DNA from: Flectonema sp. DT1601
Taxonomy: Eukaryota
DNA length: 64,000 bases
NCBI GenBank assembly: GCA_964019425.1
Contig: OZ025797.1
Location: 744,001-808,000 of the forward strand
Reading direction: 5' to 3'
Below the pieces are notes generated by a model. That model saw only the letters and a list, made by a program, of their open reading frames with translations. It searched no databases and was not told the origin of the DNA. Numbering within the stretch: position 1 is the first letter of the stretch; the number at the start of each line of letters is the position of its first letter. Positions 1 through 12,564 of the stretch are shown one piece after another. A program made the position numbers and the translations under genes.

Positions 1-1270
1 TGATACTAGACGCTCGTCAGACTGGTTCATATGACCACGCTGCATTCGATGATGTTATTGAATTTGAGAGAAAACTTGCTGCAGCATGTGATGCAGCTGG
101 TGTTACCAGAACTGCTATCTACGTTACTGTTTATGGTACTCAGGCTGAGGTACCAACTAATCCGCAGGCTCTTAAAATTGGACAGACGCTAATGTTGTTT
201 GAAGACTTTGAACCAGCACCACCTGGTGTCGTATCAAATGGTCAACATCCTCCTTCTGCTAGTCTTCATAATCTAAATAATGGATTTAGTTCTTCTTATC
301 CAGCTGCTCCGACTGAACCTGTTCGACAGGAAACATCTGTCCTTCATTCCCCAGTTCGTCAAGGAGGGTATTCACAGCCTTATTCTCAATCTCATCACAG
401 TAATCCTCCACAACATAATTTCGTACCCCAGCAGGGTCCGGTGTCACCAACGTTGTCGGCGAGGTCGCAACCACGCGGCAGATCAATTCCTCGAAATTCT
501 GCTCAGCAGAGGTCCTCAGATATCAGAAACCTACTTCATCATATTAGTGATACAGATCCTCGTGCTTCAGAAGCTGGTAGTCGGGGGTACTCGTACTCGA
601 TACCGGGACAAGTATGTTTATTATTAGTTAAATGGAATGGTGGAGCAAAGTGTTTCACTTAACTTTTCTTTTTGACATCTTTGAACTAATGAGATACAAA
701 AACCAATAATATTTTTAACTATATTTTATTATTAATGAAAAACTGACACAGCGAAGTAGCAGTCTCCACTCTATCAAGAGATTCCCAGCACCCGAACCAC
801 TTCCTAGCAAGGTTTGTATATTTTCATTTTGAAAAAAAAAAAATTAATTTTCTCTAACGTCAATAGGACAAAAACAAAAAAAAGAAAATACATATTTCCC
901 TTTTGTGTTTTCTTTTTCCCCCTCCCTGTTTTCTACATCTGTTTAAACCATCACCCTCTCAAGTATATCAACCTTCACATAATTACAGGTATTCGTCCAC
1001 AGTAATGAAAACAAAGGAGCTCCACCAAAACTTTATTTGTTGAAAAATGTTCGGACTCTCGATCAGTTGAAGTTGAAGGTGTCAGATGGTCAAAATATAA
1101 AACCTATAAAACACCTTCACCAAGTAGACGGGACACCAATTAGATCTTTGAGTCAAATCACACATATGATGGAAGTAATTGCTACCAAACATGCTGGTTC
1201 TCCTTTTGATGTGAAGGATCTACCTATTCACGTAAAGGTGAGTGGTGCTCCACCAGGCCCTTCATTTTAG
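1..1270 (+). CDS. 5'-partial spliced gene; Pro/Gln/Ser-rich middle, C-terminal doublecortin(DCX)-like domain
   Basis: Frame is open from base 3. Phase-0 GT-AG introns 612-751 and 812-988 join exons ..611, 752-811 and 989-1270. The last exon (VFVHSNE...RTLDQL...IKHLHQVDGTPIRSLSQI...VIAT...PF) resembles DCX. An alternative donor GTGAGT at 1238 could shift the stop to ~1357. Confidence 0.6.
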
Positions 1271-1658
1271 TTTCATAAAAAAACAACTATTTCCCCCCCT
1301 TTTTTTTTTTCTTCTTGAAATTTTCACGAATGGGTGGTCGAACAGGAAAGGACCTGAACCATGTACTTCATCGTTCCCTTTCCTTGATAACCCTGTTGAT
1401 TACGTAAAAGAAAAGAAAAAAAAAAAAAATGCAGAGAAATAAAACAAGGGAACAAGAACCTTTTTAGAGTTAGAATTTATTTGAAGCCTTTTGAAGGCTG
1501 TTTTAAAAACTTTAGATTTTAGTCTCCCAACTCAAAGTATGTATGTTGTGGTATGTTCATGTTGTTGTTGTTTATGGAATTATTAATTTATATTCATCTT
1601 TCAGGGATTAGTCGACACAATTTCAGGTCGTGCGTCAGTTCGATTTTTACTAAAAAGA

Positions 1659-2276
1659 ATGGGTAAAAAAGAGAAATTCTTGTCGGGGACTCCGCCGATG
1701 CCGCCACCAAGCGGAGTGAAACCAGACCTGGGGAGGTCGAGTGGGTTATCGGCATACGCGAGTTTAAGAATCGAATCTGATGGTCTCGCTAGTATCCAAA
1801 AGCTACAACAGTTAATCCCTGATAAATGGAAGTACATCGGACCTGGAGCTAAGAACTCGATAGTTGAAGATATACACATCACTTTATTACTACAAGTAAC
1901 AAACAGTTATGATGAGGCTCTGAATGGATTGACTCAGGTAGCTGATCGCAACTGTTCTCCAAAGTTTTTAATATGCCCTCCAACGATAACTTCTTGTGAC
2001 AGGATAACAGAGAACTCTGTTGTTTGTATTTCATCAAATGTGTCGAGTGATGATATTATCTCATTAAGAAAAGACTGTTTCTCATCAGTCGAATCGTATG
2101 TTCGCTATCCAGGAACAGGTCATGTCACGTATGCTTATCTTAAAGGGGAGTTCGCTGATGAAATAAAAAAGTTCCTCAGCGACAATACGTCAGGCTCACC
2201 GGTAGAATCTTTTTCTTCGCACATAACTTTGAAAATGCGGTCTGGAAAAGTTCATGAGATCCCTTTTAAAAAATAA
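1659..2276 (+). CDS. 2H phosphoesterase superfamily protein
   Basis: 205-aa intronless ORF with two HxT motifs (DIHITLL and GHVTYAYLK) about 80 aa apart. Confidence 0.7.
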   Translation: MGKKEKFLSGTPPMPPPSGVKPDLGRSSGLSAYASLRIESDGLASIQKLQQLIPDKWKYIGPGAKNSIVEDIHITLLLQVTNSYDEALNGLTQVADRNCSPKFLICPPTITSCDRITENSVVCISSNVSSDDIISLRKDCFSSVESYVRYPGTGHVTYAYLKGEFADEIKKFLSDNTSGSPVESFSSHITLKMRSGKVHEIPFKK

Positions 2277-2470
2277 TCTGTTTTTGTTATTGTTGTCACA
2301 CACTCGGAGGTTGATGCCCGCTTGTGCTGCGCACCCTTCGAAGGTACTACTTACTAACCTCTAGGTACGTTGTGCGTATTGTTAGACAAAATTAGTGTGT
2401 CTGAGGTCGTGTTTATAGCATATCTTGCCCCCCAAAACATTTTATTCAGATCAAATAACCAAAACAAAAA

Positions 2471-2992
2471 ATGGTTAAGGCCGTAACCCTCAAGGACTGT
2501 GACGCCGCGAAGTTCGTCGGTGCCTACGCTAAGTACCTGAAGAAGCAGGGAAAGCTCAACGTACCAAAGTGGGCTGATGTCGCCAAGACTGGTATTCAGT
2601 GCGAACTTGCCCCACATGACCCAGATTGGTTCTACACCCGTGTTGCGTCTGTCGCCCGTCAGGTGTACTACCGTCCAGGTGCCGGAATCGGTGGATTGAA
2701 GAAGAGATACGGTGGAAGCTACCAAAAGGTTTGTTCTTTTAATTCTGTTTGAAGACCATCATAGTAGTAATTTCGTAAACTAGAATCACAAATACCAAAT
2801 ATAACTTACCAACAGAACTGTATCAGACCACATTTCCAGAAGGCTGCCGGAGGTCCAATCAGAAAGGCCCTTCAGGGACTTGAGGACTTGGGAATCCTTG
2901 AGAAGAGACCTGACGGTGGAAGACAGATCACCAAGAGAGGAATGCAACAGATGGATCAGATTGCTGGATCCGTTGTCCTTGACGGAAAATAA
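2471..2992 (+). CDS. RPS19: 40S ribosomal protein S19 (eS19), copy 1; intron 2729-2815
   Basis: Motifs ELAPHDPDWFYTRVAS and YGG; after splicing, exon 2 reads NCIRPHFQKAAGGPIRKALQGLE...GGRQITKRG; 144 aa. Confidence 0.95.
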
Positions 2993-3391
2993 GCGCGAGA
3001 TGATAGAGGGGGAAAAAAAAAATAAAAAAAATAAAAAAAGAGTAACCAAAAAAAATGTCAGTGTTTAGTTATCACTTCTGCGCCCGCATTTGAAGTGCTA
3101 TGCGTGGCGGGTGTACCACAAGTCACTAACGACTCGGCCTGTTGATCATCGTGACATCAACAAGTTAACTTGAATTAATTATTCTTTACGTCTTGCAGGT
3201 ACGGTAGTCAAATAAGACGATTTGAGTGCAGTAAGTCATCAGTTCAGTTCATAACTGTTTATTGTTACTGTAATAGTTGTGGGTTGGAGGGGTGTAGCTG
3301 TTAGTTTGATTTCTTTTCATATCAAATAGAGACGGTTCTACTGTTTACCAATCAATCACTCCCCCCCAGCCAGTAAAAGCAGACTAACAAA

Positions 3392-3913
3392 ATGGTTAAG
3401 GCCGTAACCCTCAAGGACTGTGACGCCGCGAAGTTCGTCGGTGCCTACGCTAAGTACCTGAAGAAGCAGGGAAAGCTCAACGTACCAAAGTGGGCTGATG
3501 TCGCCAAGACTGGTATTCAGTGCGAACTTGCCCCACATGACCCAGACTGGTTCTACACCCGTGTTGCGTCTGTCGCCCGTCAGGTGTACTACCGTCCAGG
3601 TGCCGGAATCGGTGGATTGAAGAAGAGATACGGTGGAAGCTACCAAAAGGTTTGTTCTTTTAATTCTGTTTGAAGACCATCATAATAGTAATTTCGTAAA
3701 CTAGAATCACAAATACCAAATATAACTTACCAACAGAACTGTATCAGACCACATTTCCAGAAGGCTGCCGGAGGTCCAATCAGAAAGGCCCTTCAGGGAC
3801 TTGAGGACTTGGGAATCCTTGAGAAGAGACCTGACGGTGGAAGACAGATCACCAAGAGAGGAATGCAACAGATGGATCAGATTGCTGGATCCGTTGTCCT
3901 TGACGGAAAATAA
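3392..3913 (+). CDS. RPS19: 40S ribosomal protein S19, copy 2; intron 3650-3736
   Basis: Near-identical to copy 1 from ATG to TAA. Confidence 0.95.
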
Positions 3914-4163
3914 GTGTCCAGTTATCAATGTGTTAAACGTTATTAGTTGCTTATCACTGAAGTAGTCTTCTTTTCTGCGGCTGTCTGCATGTTGAGGTCT
4001 CATTCTGCTTTCGGAAAGAAGTTGTTTCCCCCCCGCAGTTCATTTCTAATTACTGATGTCGAGAGATTGTGTGGCTCAGCTACTTGTAATGTAAATTAAT
4101 ATTCTTATTGTGTGTTTTGTTATTAGAAAACAGTTTACCTTCCAGATCACGAAGTAATCAACA

Positions 4164-4688
4164 ATGGTTAAGGCCGTGACCCTCAAGGATTGTGACGCCG
4201 CGAAGTTCGTCGGTGCCTACGCTAAGTACCTGAAGAAGCAGGGAAAGCTCAACGTACCAAAGTGGGCTGATGTCGCCAAGACTGGTATTCAGTGCGAACT
4301 TGCCCCACATGACCCAGACTGGTTCTACACCCGTGTTGCGTCTGTCGCCCGTCAGGTGTACTACCGTCCAGGTGCCGGAATCGGTGGATTGAAGAAGAGA
4401 TACGGTGGAAGCTACCAAAAGGTTTGTTCTTTTTTTAATTCTGTTTGAAGACCATCGTAATAGTAATTTCGTAAACTAGAATCACAAATACCAAATATAA
4501 CTTACCAACAGAACTGTATCAGACCACATTTCCAGAAGGCTGCCGGAGGTCCAATCAGAAAGGCCCTTCAGGGACTTGAGGACTTGGGAATCCTTGAGAA
4601 GAGACCTGACGGTGGAAGACAGATCACCAAGAGAGGAATGCAACAGATGGATCAGATTGCTGGATCCGTTGTCCTTGACGGAAAATAA
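4164..4688 (+). CDS. RPS19: 40S ribosomal protein S19, copy 3; intron 4422-4511
   Basis: Near-identical to copies 1 and 2; intron is 3 nt longer. Confidence 0.95.
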
Positions 4689-5126
4689 GCTGTTTGATTT
4701 CTTCAATAAAGTGACGTGTTGCTGCCTACGCGTCGCTAGTTAGTTGTCCTGTTGTCACCCAGCCTGAAAAAAATCTTAAAAAAAAAAAATTTGAAAAATC
4801 TCTTTATGTTTTTTGATTATTGCAAACCCTCATCAACACTTCCAACAGGACAGACATATCAACAAATAGCAGGTGTGGGGAGGCATATTTTCTGTTTACG
4901 CAATAGTTATTACCCTCCATACTACAGATAACTAGACTGAAGTAAATATTTTCCTGTCCTGTTGAGGTTTTGGTAGTCCCCTGGAACTTACTGATTAAAA
5001 CAATGTTTTCGATTTAGTACAGCATTCTCATATTATAAAGTAGATCTGGTTTTGTCTTCTCAGAGAGCTTTTCATTTCTCATTTTAAACAACTCCCAGGT
5101 GTGTAGGGGGCGACACACATTCAAAG

Positions 5127-7018
5127 ATGTCACATTCAGAGCCTCCAGGACTGCGTAAGTGTGATCGGATATCTCCGTCAACTAAATACCCAAAACTTAA
5201 TACACAAGTAGTCTACTTTGTGCATCATGTTCATAAAGTAAGTTCTACTGAGAAGGTTATGAAGCCTCCTAGACTGTTAATCGGAACAGCTAATTTATTG
5301 TACCAAACAAACACTGCGAACATGAACCTATACGCTGTGGTACCTGTTGAACATATTGAGAGGCTAAAGGTTAAATGTGAACCTGGTGAGCCCGATGAAA
5401 TCTTAATTGTCATGAGCGAGAGGAGTAACGACAGTGATATGCACATGCAGTTGTTATCAGCTGAAGGTAACGAACCTGCGAGTTCTGCTGTCGATCTTTG
5501 TGAAATTATCAGAGCTTTGAAGTGGAGATTAACAGGAAAAGACATCCCAATTGAAATGAAAGTTGGAAGAGAACCTTTATCGAGAGGAGCTCACAAGAAG
5601 AAATCAGCGAACTATCAATCAAGCGATAAGAAATTAAAACAGTGGAGACAACAAATGCAAGCACCGACGTCACCATTTCGTAGAGAGTTACTTGAAAGTG
5701 TTCGTAGCCATGATGCTCTTCGAGAACGACCTCCATTCAACTTGGAGGATGATGTCGTGTATTTGGACTTTGGTCTTCCTCCCTGGGGTGTAAATGTTAA
5801 TGTGTTAACTGTGCAAGGCGTCACTCCTGGATCTCAATTCGATAAACTGGGCGGTCGACACCTCGTTGGTCGACATCTAATAAAAGCAAATCAAGTGGAC
5901 GTTACTAATCCTATGCAGCTTGAGAACTTTAAAAGTGTTCCCGTTCAGCTTGGATTTTCAAAAGTATGTTATCTTAATATTGTTTCCGTGTGTCGCTACT
6001 CGAACCTTGTTGATGATAAATAAATATAATCCCAAAACAGCAACCACTGCCTCCTCCAAATCCAGTTGAGGAAAAGAAAAAGAAGAAATCGAGGAAACCA
6101 AAATTTGAGTCTTCGGACGAGTCTGAAGAAATTTCGGAAGAAGAGGACTCGGATGAAATCACTTCGAGGAGGAAGAAGAAGTCATCGCGGAGATCTCAAA
6201 AGGATCTTCGCAAGGCTAGTACTGTCAGTCACTTTCCTGAAGTTGCTGAATCTCCGAAGTCGTCTGTCGCAATGCAGGTAATCTTTTACTTTGAAACCGT
6301 TATAAGAAATCACATAATCACAACTATCAAACAAACAATAAACAAACAGGCGGGTTCTGGACTTGTTGATGGATCAGATCCATACGGTGGTCTGACTCCG
6401 TACTCTTTTGGTTCTCCTGAGTCACCACATCAGAGATATGGAGATGTAGCTCCTGATGGAATGACTGGTAGGAATGCTGTCTTTCCGAATCCACAGCAGG
6501 TTCAGCCACAGAAGCCGGTTAAGATTAATTTACATCTCAACTTCGTGCAATGTCCTCAACAAGACTCGAGGGTTGAGGAATACTACTCAAGTGAGGAAGA
6601 GGAACGCGAGGAGCGGAGGATACGACGAGCGGAGAGAAGAGATCGAAGACGGGAAAAGAAAGATCATTACAAACAACAACTTCAGTTAATGAACGCACAG
6701 AATCAGCTTCTCCTTATGCAGCAACATCAGCAAAGAACTCCATCTCGATCACCAAGTACTTACTCAGATAATGTTAATAATAATGCGAGTCATCTTCATC
6801 ATCCTATGGCTTTGAACCCTTTTAACTCTTCTCCTGGGATGATTCCTCTCAATTCTCCTGTTTATGCTCCGCCTCCTCCTCCGCAAAGTTATAATGTGCA
6901 GCCAGCTGCTGTTCCTCAACTTCATTATCTCAACTCGTCACAACAGTTGATGAACCCGGGTAGTGCTAATAGTAGTGCAATGCACTTAATGAAACCTTTT
7001 GGTAGTACTGCCATGTGA
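5127..7018 (+). CDS. ~580-aa hypothetical protein: N-terminal PH-like region, PDZ-like segment, low-complexity tail; introns 5964-6040 and 6278-6349
   Basis: Two phase-0 GT-AG introns join three open frames. The PH-like (HVHKV...RLLIGT..LY) and PDZ-like (WGVNVNVLTVQGVTPGS) calls are tentative. Confidence 0.7.
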
Positions 7019-7737
7019 ATAATTATTCATTGTTTAAGATTCTTTTTTTTTTTTTTAAATAAATATCTTATTTGTCTCGCACAAGCAAAGAGCGGTGTTT
7101 GGAATAACAAGCTAACAGAAAAAAAAAAATAAATGGTGATGCATTCCTTTTGTGAAATTAATCCTTTTTGTATTCTGATTCCCACCCTCCTGTATTGTAT
7201 CTTCCCCACCTTTTTTTTTTTTTTTTTTTTTACCTTTTGATTTTTTTTTAACTATTTGTTAAGGAGTTTCGTGTCCCTTAACTTACAGTTGTATTGTAAG
7301 CATATTATTGATTGGAAATTGAAGTATTTTTTTTTAAAAAAAAAAAATAAATAAATAATGAACAAATGGGAAGCTTTTGAATCAGTAATAAAAAAACTAA
7401 CTGATGTTCAACTGCTGGTTTCGAATCAATTCTTTCTGGTGACAGCCTGAGGAATTGCTTTTACTATTTTATTATTATTTTCTTTTCTTTTTCTTTTTCT
7501 TCTTTAATTCGTGTGTGTTGTTGTGTTGTTTTGGTTTATTATAGCCACGACTGTGATTCTCTCTTTTTAGCGAACCTGACGTTAGTTTTTGTTGAAATTA
7601 TTTTTCGTATAAATTTCTTTGTATAAAACAGATACACTGATCTACTCCTAAGTTGTACTTTGTGGGAACTGTTGAGATTTTTCTACGGATTTTTTTTATA
7701 AATCATTTTTCTAATTATAAAAACAGATACTGTCACA

Positions 7738-8613
7738 ATGTTCATGCCATACGGAGGTGGAGGCAGGAGACATCATGGTGGAGGACGTCGTGGAGGGATG
7801 GGTCTGATATTGTTGTTGGCACAGATGAACAGAATGGGTTTCGGAAACATTCCCTCCGTAACGATGGGTGTCATCATCGCAAACGTGTACACCTTTCTAA
7901 CCAATAGCGTTCGGTTTTCAGATGTTTGTCTCTCTCTGTACGGAATTATGAGAGGTCAATACTTCCGTCTTTTAACGTCAGCTTTTGTTCATGCTGATGA
8001 TTGGCATTTATCTTACAACATGACGTCATTTATGTGGAAGGGAGCTCAGTTAGAACGAGCAATGGGAACAGCGAAGTTTATTTCATTATTGTTAGTGTTC
8101 ATATTATCAACACCAATTATCCACATGATGATATGCTACACTTTACTTGAAAGTCAACTCGATCAACAAGGCCAATGGGCATCTGAATGTGCTATCGGCT
8201 TCAGTGGAGTTATCTTCGCACTCAAAGTAGTTACAACAACACATCCTGAAGCAATGCATGATGTGTTTTATGGATTATTTAGTGTTCAGGGGAAATATGT
8301 GGTTTGGGCTGAGCTTGTGCTCATTCACTTCATATATCCTGGAACCTCATTTATGGGACACTTGTCGGGTATCATTGCTGGGCTATTATACACTTCAGGA
8401 GTGACATCACCGTTGGTTGATGCGGGAGAACGTTTTATAAATGGAATAATGGCTGGTCTTCCACCTCCTCCACAAGGCGGAAGAGGTGACTACAATAACT
8501 ATCAAGACAGAGATGTTCCTCCCGTCTACAGAGGTGCTGGTGACAACAGAGATGCTGAAGCACGTCAGCGTGCCGCCCGTGCTGCTCAGCAGCGTTGGGG
8601 TGCTGGTTACTAA
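7738..8613 (+). CDS. Rhomboid intramembrane serine protease (RHBDD1/RHBDL4-like)
   Basis: YFRLLTSAFVHADDWHLSYNM, catalytic GFSG and GHLSG motifs, multiple hydrophobic segments. Confidence 0.9.
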   Translation: MFMPYGGGGRRHHGGGRRGGMGLILLLAQMNRMGFGNIPSVTMGVIIANVYTFLTNSVRFSDVCLSLYGIMRGQYFRLLTSAFVHADDWHLSYNMTSFMWKGAQLERAMGTAKFISLLLVFILSTPIIHMMICYTLLESQLDQQGQWASECAIGFSGVIFALKVVTTTHPEAMHDVFYGLFSVQGKYVVWAELVLIHFIYPGTSFMGHLSGIIAGLLYTSGVTSPLVDAGERFINGIMAGLPPPPQGGRGDYNNYQDRDVPPVYRGAGDNRDAEARQRAARAAQQRWGAGY

Positions 8614-8685
8614 AATTTATACATACTTGACTGTCAGGATTTGCGATATTAGTTGTTTATGATTGATTGATACGTTTTTTTTTAA

Positions 8686-10423
8686 CCCATTACGGACGGG
8701 GGTAAAACCCGGTTTTTTGACTTTTTTTGAAAAAAGAGCTAACGGGGAAAAGGGGTAGGGGGGCTCGGAAAGGTGATGTGACAAAGTGAACCGCCATTGC
8801 CTGCCCGTTAAAAATACACACACATTCACCACCTAAAGGGTGAACAGAACAAATGAAAACACCACCAAAGACAAAAATAAGCTCAGTTCTTATGACTCCC
8901 TGCGCCTCTTCAATTTTGATGTTGTTGTGAGTGCAGGGGTCTTCCCCCTCGTACATTCTTCCCGGATAGCACCTCCCGACACAGAGGTGGTGGTATGGGA
9001 CGCAAATGTTCTCCCCTTTGTAAGATTTAAGTGGTATTTGCCAAAACAGGGTGCAGGACACATAAAAACCTTACACCCCTGGCATCCATAAGTAGTCCTC
9101 ACTCGAGTATTGTGATACTTACATTGTTTAGCAGCGCCAAATATTGATGGATAGTGCTCAGTGGTGCTGAACATGTGTGAAAAGTGCGAACCCGAGTCAA
9201 TAGTAGATGTAGTATTGGTTGTCTTGTCTCTCGACGTCCCGTCACTGACGAGTTGCATAGCGAGCTCCTCTACATACCGTATGTAGGTACCAGTATCCTT
9301 ACCGCATTTCTTTTGAAGGGTAAACGTGTTGAACATTGAAACTTTCAGCAAGTAGTCGAAAACCTTTAGATGCCATCGTTTAGTTTGAAGGTTTCTGTTC
9401 GCCCTTCCCTTCACGCTATCCATCAGGTTAACACCTCCCATCGTTTTGGTGTACCTGTCTACTTGCACGGTAGTTTGATCGGCACTTTTTCTTTTTTATT
9501 TCTCTTCCTAATCCAGCGATATACATCGACACGGTGCTCACGTAAGGGAAGAGTACTGAAAAGATGCACATCCTTTGAGTCTCTCCACTTTATATGGTGG
9601 ATGCCGTGCTTGACTGAAGGTAAGAAGCAGAAAGATTCTTCGGTCTTTCTTTCACTTCCGATTTGCTTAGTCGTCCCGGTCCAGGAGTAGCCTTCGGTTT
9701 TGTAACATCAACAGAACTCCCTTTCTGTTCCGTCAGGCTGTTCCAACACAGTGGAACCCTTTCGCTAACATCAAAACAAGAAATGCGTATGACGAATTGA
9801 AATTGTCAAACGTCACCCAATGCCCTTTATTATTATGGGGTTTAACAAGACTATGAACATAAGAAGCAGGAATGTGTTTGTTAGCAGTGTGGAAATTACG
9901 GAGAAAGCATTTCAGTTCACCAACTTCTAGTGACTTCATGGACGTCTCTTTGTCAATCGGGTAGGCAAGAGTGTGTCGAAATATCATTTTAAGCACATGA
10001 TCAGTGAAAATGAGTTGGATGCCTTCAATTCGCTCATTTCATTAAAGTCGCTCACACTCTGGGTAGGTCCTTTCCGTTTTTCCCTGGGGATTCTCTTGGT
10101 TTTGCCCCCCCACTTTGATACCTTTGCTGTGTTGCTGTCAGATGACGACTCCGATACAGAATCCATCATCATCAGACTTTCATAGGACGCCGAACTTGTA
10201 TCAATTTCAACAGGCACACGAAACTTCTTGTTAGGTGGTAAAATTTCGATTATTAGTTTTGAATTTCATGAATGAAAACACAGCGAACCACGCCATCCCA
10301 CCCAAGATTCGTCGCGAAACGGCCTCGATTACACCCCCCCTGGGTAGCGTTAGCCGGGTTTTCCCCTTAGCGAAAATAAAATTTCAAAATAACCACTGTA
10401 GTGGACCCCCCGTCCTTAATGGG
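8686..10423 (-). mobile_element. Defective piggyBac DNA transposon (1738 bp)
   Basis: TTAA on both sides (8682-8685, 10424-10427). 17-bp TIRs CCCATTACGGACGGGGG / CCCCCGTCCTTAATGGG with one mismatch. Minus-strand transposase fragments include YTKTMGGVN, RWHLKVF and the Cys-rich tail C..H...CQGCKVFMCPAPCFGKYH. Confidence 0.92.
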
Positions 10424-10968
10424 TTAAATATAAATTCAAAGCCTCCACCAGTAAAAGAATCTACGATTTCCTACCTCGTCAGATTCAAAGCATTTGAACG
10501 GAAAGTTCCGGCTATTGGTGGATTCAAAATTACTTTTTTCTTTTTTGGTTTTGTTAGGAAATTTCTGTTTTTACGCCGCCTGCTAACTATCCCTGTGGCG
10601 TAGTGTTTGAAGCATACAGCTGTACGAATTTATTAATTAGCATCTGTCTCCCACAGATAAAATAAAATGCCTAATTTATTTAAGGTGTAATCGTGTGTTA
10701 CGAACTAACATATTTCTTTTAATGGATAAACATACTTGTACCCCTTTAAAGGGGAATTAAAAATTAAAGCGGAAATAAAGGGCTTTTAATATTAAAGGGC
10801 TTTTAATTAATTCCCCTTTATTTTCCAATTTAATGAAATAAAGGGGAATTAAAGGGGATTTAATGAATTAAAGGGCCCTTTATTTTAAAATTAAAGGGGA
10901 TTTAATTCCCCTTTAATTTTGAAAAATAAAAATAAAGGGCTTTTAATGGTTTTTAATTAAAAAAAAAA

Positions 10969-11040
10969 TCCTCCACCAGGACTCGAACCTGCAGCCTAGC
11001 GAATGCAAATCCACAATCATACCAGTGGACAACCAGCGTC
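10969..11040 (-). ncRNA. Degenerate tRNA-like (A-box/B-box) cassette inside the TIR element
   Basis: Minus strand reads ...TGGTTGTCCACTGGT...GCAGGTTCGAGTCCTGGTGGAG followed by a T-run. The cloverleaf is imperfect. Confidence 0.55.
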
Positions 11041-12564
11041 ACTTAAAAAAGTTTTTTTTTAATTTTCTTTCCTATATTCTTATTGCAGGAATTATCCTTG
11101 CAAGGAATTTCTCCTCAAAAATCGTTATTTCACAAGATTCTTCTCCCACAAAAATAATTCCTGATCAAGGAAAAATTTTTACTGGGGGTTTCCTTTGGTG
11201 ATCTGGTAAGGAATTATTATTGTGAGGAATTTTTTTTTTGGAAATTTTTTTTTCAGCAAAAATTCTTGAGTTCCTCACAAGAATTTCGGCACGAGGTATT
11301 AAGTTGCTCGACCTTCGCTGTTTTTTTCGATACGTGATTAGTCCGTTAGAGGACTGTCGGTGTGAAAGGAAAGAAAGTCGGAACGGTGGCCAAAGATTAG
11401 TGAGTTGACTGAGTTGGTCAGTTACCAGCATGGTAGCTAGCGGTTTCCTTATGATGTTAAATATCGTTATGATGATATAGTTGTATTTTACAAATCAAAC
11501 TCAAACGCCCCCCTTCCTGGTGTTCGTCTTGGTGATTAATTCACAGTTGAATAACTCGATTCCGTACTGCACTGAATGACAACACGGAAAAAAGAGATGT
11601 GTATGCAGCTGAGAGGAATCGTAACTTCAAGTGCTTTTGCATTCTGAAGATTGCAATGGATGATAATTAAATCTGTCAGTGAGTATCAATTGGTGGGTAG
11701 ACCACCGAAGTTACTGTGAACAAACCAGCGTGTCCAAAGCAGGCGTTCGTCTTGTATTTTACGTATAAAATCCAACAGTTAACCCCCTTCAAGTTTTCAA
11801 GACAATATAATTATTAATTAAATACTCATGGGTTTTATAAAAAACTGTTGCGGTTACATAAGCAAGTGGTGCTCAACTATGTTCACGTGGTATTTATTTA
11901 TCTGCAGTCATTTACTACGCTGCCGCTGACAGTCAAGATTGTCAGAGAAATACCTGGTCAATTTGACTTGACATCATTTTTTCTCGCAATTTTAAAATAA
12001 AAACTTTCTCCTCTCTTTAGGCTATTACTACAAACTTTATTTTCAATCTCTCAAGACAAAAGCTTATGTGGGAACAATTAGACAGGAGCATGATATCCAA
12101 AAGTTACATGTCTGAAATCATGGAGAATACATTCTTTCGGAGTTGCTTTAACCAGTAGAATCAGATGCGTGGTCCGTTCCGGTAGGACTCCCTTCTTACG
12201 AATGTGTGGTGCCTCGTGTTAGCGCTTTGGATAGTAATAACCATTGGCGGCGACTATGCACGGGGTGGCCAGTGGGTTTAATGAGGTTGTTGTGTAATCC
12301 CCTTCCATGGCTCTGTTTCGGCATGCTGGAAAGCGAAGCTCTGAAGTTTACTTCAGGTTAGTCTTGTAAGCCTATCCTTCCGGTTCAGTTCTCGGCTTGG
12401 TTGATTCCCTCGATCGTCCCATCCAGGAGTTTGTGTGCATGGTGAGGCCCTCTGGAAACCCAGCCCAGCACAAGACACCAGGCTCACGGCGAAGATTGGA
12501 CCCGAAAGTAACCTTGCGTTCTGTTCTGTTGGCAAGCTCTCTGGCTGAGTGCGTTCGAAGTGAG

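Noticed and set aside
2354..4706. Repeated minus-strand ORFs over the RPS19 copies
   Set aside because: Antisense shadows of the spliced RPS19 genes.
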